This document shows positions 51,601-53,826 of a DNA stretch of 64,000 bases, piece by piece. The DNA comes from Bacteroidota bacterium (GTDB lineage: Bacteria > Bacteroidota > Bacteroidia > Bacteroidales > NBLH01), in the NCBI GenBank assembly GCA_025361565.1, contig JANYKN010000125.1:31171-95170 (forward strand), read 5' to 3'. The number at the start of each line of letters is the position of its first letter. Within the stretch, counting starts at the first letter, position 1. Under the pieces are notes generated by a model that worked only from the letters and a program-made list of their open reading frames with translations, ran no database searches and was not told where the DNA came from. Position numbers and translations under genes: made by a program.

Positions 51601-52182
51601 AAAAAATGTTGTTGGAGTATTAATACTTTGAGCAACACCACTATTTAAAGTCACAACACTTGTTGATGGAGTAAAATTAGTCACACCCCAATTGCCGGTA
51701 ACAAATATTGGAGCAGCTCCTGTACAAGTCAAGTTAGCAACATCTAAATTACCACCTACTGTCAAAATACCTCCAGCAACAGTAACAGTACCTGTGCCAG
51801 TAACATTAGCTGTAGCACCTGTGGTAGTGAGATTATTCGCTCCCATTGTTATTGATCCAGTTCCAGTAATTGTAACTAATGTAATACTATTAGTAACTAC
51901 GCTAACGTTTAAAGGGATTGTAAAACCTGCAGGTATAATAACTTGATCATTTTGTCCGGCATTTTGGCCTGGAAAGGTTGAGGTTGAAGCACCACCTACT
52001 TTATTCCATGTTGCAGGAGCATTCCAATTACCTCCATTTACTATTGCTGTAAATGTTGTTTGCGCCCCTAGGGATCCTGATAATACTAAAAATAGAAAAG
52101 AAATTATAATCGTACGCAACATTGATTGCGTTATAAAATAATTTCTTTTCATGTTGTTTGCTGGAGCCTTAATAATTTCCAT
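24601..52182 (-). CDS. Giant (9,193 aa) SprB-class T9SS-secreted cell-surface repeat protein / putative adhesin
   Basis: Single uninterrupted ORF. The likely true start is ATG 52152, giving MKRNYFITQSMLRTIIISFLFLVLSGSLGAQ as the signal peptide. The C-terminal ~95 aa match the type-B T9SS CTD pattern (PNAFSPN...FNRWGEKIF...GWDG...VYVWKV). A PorP/SprF-family gene lies downstream. Confidence 0.9.
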   Translation of the reverse strand: MEIIKAPANNMKRNYFITQSMLRTIIISFLFLVLSGSLGAQTTFTAIVNGGNWNAPATWNKVGGASTSTFPGQNAGQNDQVIIPAGFTIPLNVSVVTNSITLVTITGTGSITMGANNLTTTGATANVTGTGTVTVAGGILTVGGNLDVANLTCTGAAPIFVTGNWGVTNFTPSTSVVTLNSGVAQSINTPTTFFDLITTGVGTKTLAANIILNGSLNLNAANTLNAGAFNISIAGNFTKLGTATFTAGTGTVTFNGAAASNISNTSSITFNNLVISKIAGIAATLTNNIIVNGNLSVTSGILADGNFTITGTALGTFTLGPNTVYTSSRTGASCFPTLMTTNTLDLTSTVNITGANNWTINAGPTVFGNLNISGTGTKTTPAAYTVAGNMTVTNGIVTLGGNLSITGTLNVGTGGAINIPAFTLAVGGVTTLTGTINTTNAAGIANFQSVDMVGGTIDGAATGNVNIAGNLTCASGNGFIGRGTINVTGTTTVSNLRTLTFNANSTTGTKTFTGAFSNVGTVVVSSATAFNFAGGINNTGSAIDFSTGAIGLTATQSITGNFPITFGGNVTVAGTLTNQNIGASPFITIGGNLLGGGTWLNDVNTYVSYKGAAAPAPTLTNNANSTWDYSAGAAQNIKNGTYANLRTSGSAFTKTITVGAVTVNENLTIGSLSTLDPVAQNLNVTGTTFIIGTLGDSNAGGAANLTNVDISGGTINHGTLGVVNIGGTLTMPTGDGTIGNVTLTVTGATTIAGTRTLINNNTGGSKTFAGSVTNNGIWNSSVNEDYTFSGGIVNNGIFTTGAGIYTFNATQSIAGTQAITFGGNVVVSTAVSVTNSNTAGITIAAGTLNGTVAGSTWINGANSKLYYGNAITPMTLGTLNASSVSNDVYYNFAGAQTIKTPVTTYYNLYLQGSGTKTLGASYMIDNNLTIDPGVVLDNVANTLSVDGSISNSGSQIGTGFVTLTNGGLGVHNLTGTGSYTNLSLNDASGASMGNSFTVLGTLNLPSGSFAVGANTLTLSNAITGTVANLSVNNTSSLTLNGAAAYVIPNNISLNNLILNSTGGLALAGTLDVYGTLTLSSGVLTVGANTLTLRNSPTVGGGSILTNVAGTSTIATAGGNPTITIPNTTNTTDLVVNNSNGAIFSGTSLDAVTITSGNLTLGADVSVTGAWSNAGTFSHNNKTVTFSNNLNPQNITGPSVNNFYNVILNKTAGTALTLVNNIGVAGNWTNTSGNFAGNFTVAFNGTGAQQIAGVQSTTFYNLEINNTVGSVTLGVATNVGTAAAGSLILTGGRLTLSTFNLNLLAGATIAGAPGSNNYVIADGTGEFRKTYGAIAAFTFPIGDGIGSTNYSPITATPTALAGGFIGMRVINGKNSNINASVTEYLNRYWLVSGGIASASFTNLAFLPADVIGATLFGANWNGGVWTKNAAAIAGTTFNITGTPAIPTQLSALDGTPPTVVSITPAVIGASPFLNLVTDAQSPGNNFTITVNWSEAMNTAVTPVISFPTGGENPLIPNKLTFNSGVWSVGNTVYTAYYSVLGDNLAMPNIDVRVAGGQDLALNNQTVTFNQADVFSIDFINPTVTLLTTSVATVTSATPTFSIVATYSIAMDKTVNPVISFPVENPAVTLTASTSGWDVTGSVFTQNYTVNTVTANNLPQIDVRVSGGRSTSWNTQTIYNVANKFDINIACTLTANAGPDQAKTCSNQNPLYLAATPASGTGIGTWSPVAGVTIVSTTAANTQVLNLPYGVTTNFTWTVVDGGCTASDVVAITDVTPVINAGVDAQACVNNSYALSATPLKAGESGLWDSFGGPGTFASAVSPSTTVSLLSSGVNSLRWTVTNGTCSTADIVQITNNTVDATATNQAVCGTSANLTGNATPAGATGLWTIVASTGTIATPSNPSSLVTGLNLNSNTFNWHLSKGICFDDATSVVTRSNVVANAGADQHVCTTTATMAATGSGTWSLVSGAGSATVVTSSLSAVTGLGPGANTFRWTVVLGACTATDDVILYNDRPSTSAAGAAQTSCNGSAVLAANNPVYGTGSWVINPPVPPTAVFVSNTRFNTTVSGLSPGLNTLTWTITNGSCTSTSNVLITYNLVPAVTAGPDQQSCNSTFTLSGTDPSPTGTGLWTTQVGVGTFTNPSSYNTTVTLVGRRDNIYRWTVTVGTCSSFDDVMISNYSVASNAGPDDYTCDGNYTLQGTIPSTQNIVNPTINAIGTWSALPALPPIAFSNINAYNAVASNLEPNSNTLTWTISNGFCSSSDQVVISNDRPTTPNAGPDATFCGVNFAAGLPTGYSSIYSALTANPVDLGRGEVGAWTQVAGSGTFMDPTSSPTMNVNNLAQYAQPSGPDFWSLNPTVNTFRWTISYRNCVLFDEVTITNAAPDLANAGPDQTVCFDEVNLNAIDHGSRAQTHVWTIQAPFPHTVETINDVNQWNTYVQFLQSANTTFRWTKTNVINGVTCSVWDETVVTKTNNTGRPNAGPNQIVCADNTTLTATAPEFGIPIGDAATGAWSVLQGGGTFAAINSATTVVTNMPRQTNIFRWTVTNTTKGCIATADVNITNALPSDAISAPPTLTVCVDTTVLSATRPMPGSTGSWAVIGGGGTISNSTCQSFLCDVDVTNLGYGQNTIRWTTSRTYSEVGPPPISKTCTLHQDVTVWNYELTANAGSDQTVCVDNTNISANIPAGTTGVWDVLGGGGTLFNANSSITAVTTLSPGLNTIRWTLTNGTCSSEDRMQITNNNPENPSAGADQTLCTNTTTLAANTPVAGMGTGAWSVFLGNGTFTNSLFATTTVNNIPVGTNTYRWTVTKALCSEYDDVTVTNNSVVANAGIDIDNVCGLEVRNSTVTLSATPPNIPLGETGIWSVAPSFGTIVSPTLFNSVVNGMDRGTNIFRWTLSNTKNGVTCTNSDLVSVIVYIPTTANAGADQTVCRDAATTITLSGTPPVFGTGKWSIVSGGGNIINTNSSITTVNNLALDRSFFRWSITDNPSCPSSADDVMITNNNVTANAGPDQAICISTATLAASDPNTYNGGFAIPSGKWTVSQGVGLTFDSDTRYNAIVSNLDNTQTNILRWTVSKGACSAFDEVNIVNSHFTVTANADQTVCNDFATLNGQQPGAGESGLWTLIGGGGAFVNSTLYNTQVNGLTPTPDLSVTNTFRWTITKANCTASDDVIIYNNKVTSNAGLLQRVCTTSATLNGNLPPVGGSGNWVATLGGASIATPSLNTSLVSNLASGQNTFQWTISKTLNATTCTNATQVDIYNDTPTTALVEADNEVCTNSTLLTVIGIPSIGTGVWSRLDNVATFDNVTNYNATVTGLNLGTNTFRWTVTKNLCTSTDDVIITNNTVVSNAGIDKSTACANFTTLSGNNPKLTQGNGLWFDMNATSATIVANTLYNTSVTGLRQGSTDFRWTVSLGLTPCTVSDIVRITNNQITATAGVDQVTCNDFYGPLDGNNVAGLGGTGLWTSIGNTALVTTATLFNTGVTGLDPGLNTFRWTVTSGAESCTAFDEVGITNSKLVANAGTDFETCNSVISLGAQDPFPATGTWVKSSGPVGATIINANSATTQVTGLTAGVYSFTWTITNGTCSNAATVVVTNSSPTVSNPTTPTAFVCNGNGVLQADVTGTGEKGLWTTDLGSTIAVPSANNTTASGMPIGPNTFTWTLTKGTNVSCTSSNSVVITNNHVVANAGADKTTGCNNFVTLAGNNPTLTQGTGQWSDQTVTTATFVDNTLYNTLVNNVRIGATTFRWTVSKGICSANDELIITNNQIKASAGVDQSTCNTYYDPLDGNDVSGIGGTGKWTTTGPGTFVQSTQYNSRVNTLQSGLNTLTWTVTSGAEGCTNSDDVVITNIGVTSNAGTDIETCSASINLSATPPAIGTGSWTQTGGAAVTIVNSTSPITLVTGLTGNTYSFTWTVVNGALCPTSDVVVVTNSTPSVSNPTTPQPTVCNSIGVLNAAVPAAGETGLWSTNLGSIIAAPSTNNTTASAMPLGPNTFTWTLTKGTSVSCTSSNSVVITNDHVVANAGIDKTTVCNNFVTLSGNNPALTQGTGQWTDQTVTTATFVDNTLYSTLVNNVQIGSTTFKWTVSKGTCSANDDVIVTNDQILASAGADRITCNSTYDPLDGNDVSGSGGTGHWTSINPLVVITTPTLFNSGVTGLRPGLNTLTWTVTSASEGCTHSDQVGITNNGVTSDAGSDVETCSSSINLSAIAPTIGTGSWTQTSGAAITIANSTDRQTSISGLAGGTYSFTWTVVNATCSATDVVVVINSTPTASNPTTPAIEVCNGSAVLQGNAPLAGETGLWTSGGTSIIAAPSSNNTTASSMPLGPDTFTWTITKGTNVSCSSSNSVIITNNHVIANAGVDKTTSCNNFVTLSGNNPILTQGVGQWTDQSITSATFTDNTLYNTLVNNVRVGTTTLRWTVSKGICSANDDVIITNNQMKAIAGIDRTTCNTYYDPLDGNDVSGTGIGVWSSTGTETFVLSSQYNTRVNNLQAGINTLTWTVTSSAEGCTSSDDVIITNIGVTSNAGTDIETCNASINLSATPPPVGTGSWTQTGGAAVTIANSTSSISLVTGLTGNIYSFTWTVVNGGLCPTSDVVIVTNSTPSVSDPTTPQATVCNSVGVLNASIPATGESGLWTTNLGSIIAVSTNNNTTASGMPLGPNTFTWTLTKGTSVSCTSSNSVVITNDHVVANAGTDKTTVCNNFVTLSGNNPTLTQGIGQWTDQTVTTAIFVDKTLYNTLVNNVQIGSTTFKWTVSKGICSANDDVVITNNQISASAGADQSTCNTYYDPLDGNDISGIGGTGKWTTTGPGTFVHNTQYNTRVNNLQSGLNTLTWTVTSSAEGCTSFDDVIINNIGVTSNAGTDIETCNSSINLGATPPTLGTGSWTQTGGAAVTIVNSTSPVTLVTGLTGNTYSFTWTVVNGGSCPTSDVVVVTNSSPSVSNPTTPQPTVCNNIGVLNGNAPGAGESGLWTTALGSTIAVPSAFNTTASNMPLGPNTFTWTLTKGTSVSCTSSNSVVITNDHVVANAGADKTTVCNNFVTLAGNNPTLTQGAGQWTDQTVTTATFVDNTLYNTIVNNVKIGATTFKWTVSKGICTANDDVIITNNQIAASAGADQNSCNNYYDPLDGNDVSGSGGTGLWSATGTIAFVTSSQYNTRVNNLQPGLNTLTWTVRSAAEGCTGSDDVVINNIGVTADAGLDIETCNNNINLSAVAPSSGIGSWTQTGGAAVAITNSLNRQSSVTGLTGGTFSFTWTVVNGTCNASDVVVVTNSSPSISNPNTPLAEVCTGNAVLQGNAPALGESGLWTGGGSSTIANPSSNITTVSGMPYGLNTYTWTLTKGINVSCTSSNSVSITNSQVISNAGADKTTACNNFVTLSGNNPSLTQGSGQWTDQSVTTATFVASTLYNTLVNNVRIGTTTFRWTVSQGGCSNADDVIITNNQIAASAGVDKNSCNNYYDPLDGNDVSGIGGTGKWTTTGSGIFVQPTQYNTRVNNLQSGLNTLTWTVTSSAEGCTSSDDVVINNIGVTSNAGTDIETCNSSINLSATPPTLGTGSWTQTGGAAVNIVNSTSPITLVTGLTGNTYSFTWTVINGASCPTSDVMVVTNSTPSVSNPTTPQPTVCNSIGVLNGNAPGSGETGLWTTALGSTIAVPSAFNTTASNMPLGPNTFTWTLTKGISVSCTSSNSVVITNDHVIANAGADKTTVCNNFVTLAGNNPALTQGIGQWTDQTVTTATFVDNTLYSTVVNNVQIGVTTFKWTVSKGICSANDDVVITNNQIKASAGTDQSTCNTYYDPLDGTDVSGIGGTGKWTTTGSGTFVQPTQYNTRVNNLQSGLNTLTWTVTSSAEGCTSSDDVVINNIGVTSNAGTDIETCNSSINLSATPPTLGTGSWTQTGGAAVNIVNSTSPITTVTGLTGNTYSFTWTVINGASCPTSDVMVVTNSTPSVSNPTTPQPTVCNSIGVLNGNAPGSGETGLWTTALGSTIAVPSAFNTTASYMPLGPNTFTWTLTKGTSVSCTSSNSVVITNDHVIANAGADKTTVCNNFVTLSGNNPTLTQGTGQWTDLTVTTATFVDKTLYNTLVNNIQIGSTTFKWTVSKGICSANDDVVITNNQISASAGVDQSTCNNFYDPLDGTDVSGIGGTGKWTTTGPGTFVLATQYDTRVNNLQSGLNTLTWTVTSSAEGCNSSDDVVINNIGVTSNAGTDIETCNSSINLSATPPTFGTGSWTQTGGAAVNIVNSTSPITLVTGLTGNTYSFTWTVINGASCPTSDVMVVTNSTPSVSNPTTPQPTVCNSIGVLNGNAPGSGETGIWTTALGSTIAVPSAFNTTASNLPLGPNTFTWTLTKGTSVSCTSSNSVVITNDHVIANAGADKTTVCNNFVTLSGNNPTLTQGIGQWTDQTVTTATFVDNTLYNSVVNNIQIGATTFKWTVSKGICSANDDVVITNNQIKANAGTDQSTCNTYYDPLDGTDVSGIGGTGKWTTTGSGTFVQPTQYNTRVNNLQSGLNTLTWTVTSSAEGCTSSDDMVINNIGVTANAGTDIETCNSSINLGATPPAIGTGTWTQTGGAAVNIVNSTSPITSVTGLTGNIYSFTWTVINGALCPTSDVVVVTNSSPSVSNPTTPQPTVCNSTGVLNANAPGIGERGLWTTNLGASIAIPSANNTSSSGMPFGPNTFTWTLTKGTSVSCTSSNSVVITNDQVVANAGADKTTVCNNFVTLAGNNPTLTQGTGQWTDQTVTTATFVDNTLYNSLVNNVQIGTTTFKWTVSKGICTANDDVLITNNQIKASAGTDQVTCNTFYDPLDGNDVSGSGGTGKWTTGGTGTFVQSTQYNTRVNNLQSGLNTLTWTVTSAVEGCSTSDDIVITNNGVTASATDVAPTCNNFANLIAVSPTVGIGTWSLQSGSGIIANSASALTTVSGLQQGNNKFTWTVKNGICIATKDIIITNNAPDISVAGTTINTCSASFIMDGNNPVIGSGIWTVPSGSTTTFGNATLYNSTVNMPVKANPYNEVFTWTITNNGACPSISTVTVFNNAFIVFANADNFTCNGSYPMLGRDPLTVSPTATGVWTIPSGSGIFTNSLIYNATVSGLNPGVNSLKWTITDKGCTAFDDVIITNDQVTASATGFMTCNNSTAITSDNINPILQGATGVWTVDNQTTQVIAVPSAYITTVSGLVPNAINRLRWTVTRGTCSANDTMNIEYFVPNANITIPDIVHGCSNLVQLIADANIVTGTGLWTESTGSSAITFDNNSMATTFARNLPIGNNTFFWTVNSRGCVSSDQVVINNSKPINTAGSDQPLCSNTFGMNAQAPTPTGSGLWSLVSGTVSFANLASNTTTVTASPGNNIVQWTITDNGCSSSKQFNITNNLTSPNAGTDVSVCENRVQLSGNSLKLGETGTWTIDGAAGAELFTSASINNPIVTNLRQGQITFAWTISNGTCTATDRVVVTNNTPTVDAGTDRITCDNFITLAGNNPDPGNTGLWTIGNTNVVITSKSSYNTNVTNLSQGANLFTWTIDNGICKAADNVLITSNAINVVAGIPHTEDCADTLYLESTVPPIGTSGAWSAVEGGGTFDNSTSYSTIARNLAGFNKLRWTITNGSCTFYNDIEFVSLLPTKAATQADKAVCITSTQITANPANGAGESGLWSKVVGSSTVSIVSPTSFQTLVNKLDPGINIFRWTISNSTCSTSDLITITNNQVFADAGVDHVICDSAYSISANVTTGSGVWISTTPGVVITNSTSANTAVSNLAYGNNNFQWLVSYNGCTNVDEVIITSNLPRNVSAGPDQNICSGTTNLVGTNPGAGTGLWQVTGGAGSFASATTNQTIVSGLSTGGNIFKWTVTVGTCSASDQVSINNNSLYVTAGTNQTICNVNSLQLDGTVPAAGITGTWNVNGGTGTFANASIFNTLVSNITKGANTYRWTLTDGNCTNFADVEVTNNTPDPATVGADQLICTDNTSVSAVAVLNGTGSWSVTSGSATIATPLANNTVVTGINKGLNTLTWTVNKNGCKLSDDINVTNSSVDVFANADITICTSTHDATIIGNLPGIGETGTWTKISAGSGIITNSTSNVTTVTGLGNGGTDFRWTISNASCSAYDELKITDNYYTTTAQANAYTNCVNFSQIQGGSLPFGGTGLWSSTAAGITFDSNTSVLTTARNLPGGTSTITWTITKDGCSSPASFSLLNNSIYTSAGADQIVCQTSTTLNAQTVSPPSTGSWSVIPSTVVITNSTQAGTTVSNLGPGANTFTWTLNGNGCTVSDQVIVSNNSFTATAGADAISCGNSYPLVAEDPLYGTGLWTISSGTGNFVSATSFATTVINMNNGANTFTWTAHKDGCPATDDVTITNDLYTATAGADRAICSNQTTVTAQPLNPTWGASGKWTAQTGGGLFVSPTLASSLVTGLANGDNRLVWTVTKGTCVSFDEMVITNNSITATAGTNETTCNNFATLSATPLSATGVGLWSGGGVTTTIVTPTSANTLVSNLQQGTNTFAWTVTDKGCTGTSTVQVLSNYFKAFAGNDQTVTVPNAVLTAQLPSIAATGTWTIFSGNGSFANANSGTTAVTNLGYGVNIFRWSVDWNSCSSSDDVNITYNSITAEAGNSQTICTDRTFLTATAPFPGTGKWTISQGSGNFANDTDPNTEVTGILPGSVNIYKWTVSIGGFSVSDVVNIINGEFSITAGADRNTCTGSTTMAAQSAGVSGSGLWTVLNGTGSFANTSLETTVVTNLSEGPNIFKWEVFKNTDCSNSDTVIVNYNMPPTAAFEMTNSTGCSPITVTFNNTSTGAISYYWNFGNSDTIGVTPNPRTYVALYDDRDSTSNITLIATSPAGCTATVTHQVTAFRIPKVDFSPSPLSQTWPRSQVNFENLSGDTYPKYSWDFGDGESQLDNSFNTNFSHAYQTWGTFTIKLVVASVTCSDTAKHDITILAPLPKNTGGRNYAGCAPFTVKFNPNGTEYATQWYWEFGDGGSSDSITPDYTYDSPGQYIVNLYAWGPGALIDSVFIRHDTVNVYPTPVADFLVTPDTVMLPNSAIYCYNRSTYGDIFEWNFGDNGNEVFTEENPTHFYTKTGTFNIILRVYTEHGCFDSTSINAAIVVEPAGVCKFPNAFSPNRSGPSDGRWVANDVSNDIFHPIHRGVDMYKLEIFNRWGEKIFESDDPAIGWDGYRDGKLCPQDVYVWKVTGRYRNGVPFKDAGDVTLIR
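24604..24900 (-). other. Domain: type-B T9SS C-terminal sorting domain (gliding-motility-associated CTD / CHU_C-like)
   Basis: CKFPNAFSPNRSGPSDGRWVANDVSNDIFHPIHRGVDMYKLEIFNRWGEKIFESDDPAIGWDGYRDGKLCPQDVYVWKVTGRYRNGVPFKDAGDVTLIR. Confidence 0.8.
24901..25929 (-). repeat. Four tandem PKD-like domains (about 86 aa each)
   Basis: Four occurrences of the PKD hallmark W-x-F-G-D/N-G/S: YWNFGNSD, YSWDFGDGE, YWEFGDGG and FEWNFGDNG. Confidence 0.8.
25930..47118 (-). repeat. Array of 84 tandem two-cysteine Ig-like domains of about 84 aa
   Basis: I parsed the translation unit by unit. The consensus is [AN]AG-D-Q-x-x-C ... L-x-[AG] ... G-x-G-x-W ... G-x-G-x-F ... T-x-V-x-x-L-x-x-G-x-N-x-F-x-W-T ... G-x-C-x-x-x-D-x-V-x-I-x-N. 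The span of 7,063 aa over 84 units gives 84.1 aa per unit. Confidence 0.8.
31588..42147 (-). repeat. About 10.5 tandem copies of a 1,005-bp (335-aa, four-domain A-B-C-D) super-repeat
   Basis: The unit start motif DK[ST]TxC[AN]NF occurs 11 times and the unit end motif VSC[TS]SSNSV occurs 10 times. Homologous nucleotides recur at exact 1,005-nt offsets (for example 33541, 34546 and 35551). Sampled 60-nt blocks differ at 1-8 positions. Confidence 0.9.
47119..47830 (-). other. Two Ig-like modules (SbsA/Big_5-like by motif) linking the N-terminal region to the repeat array
   Basis: PPTVVSITPA...FTITVNWSEAMNTAVTPVISFP... and INPTVTLLTT...FSIVATYSIAMDKTVNPVISFP... are two homologous units of about 115 aa. 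Confidence 0.5.
47831..52059 (-). other. N-terminal ~1,400-aa G/T/N/A/V-rich, nearly uncharged region (beta-helix-like, with a ~165-aa globular tail containing YLNRYW)
   Basis: It contains short degenerate repeats (NVTGTGTVTVAGGILTVGGNL...). A [FY][FY][ND]L...G.G.KT-type motif occurs six times, and a module of about 285 aa is duplicated (...RTLTFNANSTTGTKTFTGAFSNVG...ATQSITGNFPITFGGNVTV versus ...RTLINNNTGGSKTFAGSVTNNG...ATQSIAGTQAITFGGNVVV). Confidence 0.55.
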
Positions 52183-53093
52183 ATTTTTTTCTTTTAAGAG
52201 AACTTCTTCTAAAAAATATTTAAAATCTGATATAAATTAAATACAAAACGTCCTCTTAAAAAATGAAATTATTCACTAACTAAGGATATCATTAAGCCCA
52301 ATTCTTGAAAGGATTAATTGTATAATTTACTGTATATTAGATTTTTATAAATTTGTTTTTCTTTAAAAATTACTTTAATCTGTGCATTGCTTGTTAGACA
52401 TTATATCAACTAAAATAGTTGCACCTTAATATTATATATTCAATAAATTCTTTTTCAATAACCAGATTTTTTACAAAAATTAAGCCGTCTTTGTATAAAT
52501 GTCAACAATATAAAACTATTTTCAATCAATGATAATTAACTAATGTTGAACTATCAGTATCGATTTCTTATTTTTGATTACTTTTATCTTAGAGATTTAC
52601 AAAGATAAAAATATTAACATTTTATTAACAATTAAGTTTTCTAACAAACTCAAAATAATTGGTTTTGTTTTGTTTTGTGAAATATAATTTGTGAAAACCC
52701 TTATCAATCAGCCTAATTAAGCTATTTCAATTTGCAATTTAATCTAAAAATCCATCATTTAATTGAATAAAAAATTATTATACTTAAACATTTATACGAA
52801 AAATTCACCATTTTGTTTCCATAAATACAAGGTATGGGTTTAATTTTTTTAATTATGATTGTCCTCTTTGTCTTATAAATTTGCAAATATTGAGTTATCT
52901 GAATTGTAATAAAATTGGATTTTTTCGAATATTTGTCAAAATTATTCCGGCCAACAATAATAATTACAACGCAAAGTAAATGTGTCAACTGCGGTATAAA
53001 AATAATACAATCTTAAATTTTTGAATTCGGTAATAAATCTTTATACCAATTGCACATATCTATTGAAAAATAAAAAAAATTAATTGATTTTAT

Positions 53094-53101
53094 TAAATTT
53101 G
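53094..53101 (+). promoter_or_regulatory. Candidate -7 promoter box TAAATTTG (TAnnTTTG) for the rhomboid gene
   Basis: It lies 20 nt upstream of the ATG at 53121. It is a motif match only. Confidence 0.3.
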
Positions 53102-53120
53102 TAAAAACAAAATCATAATC

Positions 53121-53660
53121 ATGAAAAACAGCTTTATTTTCGCACTGATGATTGTAGCTGCCATGTGGGCGGTTTTTATTGTTAATCTATTGGTTCCCAT
53201 AGACTTTAATCAGTTTGGAATTATACCACGTACGGTTGAAGGAATCAAAGGAATACTTTTTGCACCTTTCCTGCATGCCAATTTAGCCCATATCGTTTCC
53301 AATACAATACCCATGCTTATTTTAACTACAGTTTTGTTTTTGTTTTATCGAAATATTGCCGTTCGCGTTTTACTGCTTTCAACTGTTATGGGCGGTACAT
53401 TAGTTTGGTTTTTTGGGCGTAATGCCTATCATATTGGAGCCAGTGGGGTAATATTTGCTCTTGTGGCATTTCTAATTGCAAGCGGTATTTTCAGGAGACA
53501 AGTTAAAGCCTTGTTGATTGCCATCGTTATTTTTGTCTTTTATGGAGGAGTGGTATGGGGAATTCTACCCACGCAACAAGGAGTTTCATGGGAAAGCCAT
53601 TTATTTGGTTTTTTATCGGGAATTGCGCTGGCATATCTTTTTAAGGATTCGGACAAATAG
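53121..53660 (+). CDS. Rhomboid-family intramembrane serine protease
   Basis: 179-aa ORF with 6 TM helices, HANLAHIVSN, the catalytic GASGVIFAL (GxSG) and a downstream His (SWESHLFGFLSG). Confidence 0.85.
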   Translation: MKNSFIFALMIVAAMWAVFIVNLLVPIDFNQFGIIPRTVEGIKGILFAPFLHANLAHIVSNTIPMLILTTVLFLFYRNIAVRVLLLSTVMGGTLVWFFGRNAYHIGASGVIFALVAFLIASGIFRRQVKALLIAIVIFVFYGGVVWGILPTQQGVSWESHLFGFLSGIALAYLFKDSDK

Positions 53661-53826
53661 TTGTGGGTTAAGGGCTAATATTATAGATTTATTTTAAGTA
53701 AAAGAGACAATAAGATAATTTATTTTGCACTTGGATTATTATTTTTATCTTAGCAGAAGAGCAAATTTGGCGATTAAAAATAATCAAATCACTAAATTGG
53801 CCGATTAATTATTAAGGCAATATATA

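Noticed and set aside
24601-52182. The giant gene as a horizontally acquired island, because its G+C content looks higher than the flanks.
   Set aside because: The shift is explained by amino-acid composition (Thr/Gly/Ala/Val/Asn codons). The flanking genes are core functions, and there are no tRNA, integrase or direct-repeat boundaries. I cannot support horizontal transfer from this sequence alone.
52755-52988. 77-aa minus-strand ORF in the long intergenic region upstream of the giant gene. The 80-aa ORF at 18696-18938 is similar.
   Set aside because: Both have an I/K/F/Y/N-rich composition typical of random ORFs in AT-rich DNA, with no signal or motif. 18696-18938 overlaps the tatC start region. 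I do not consider either coding.
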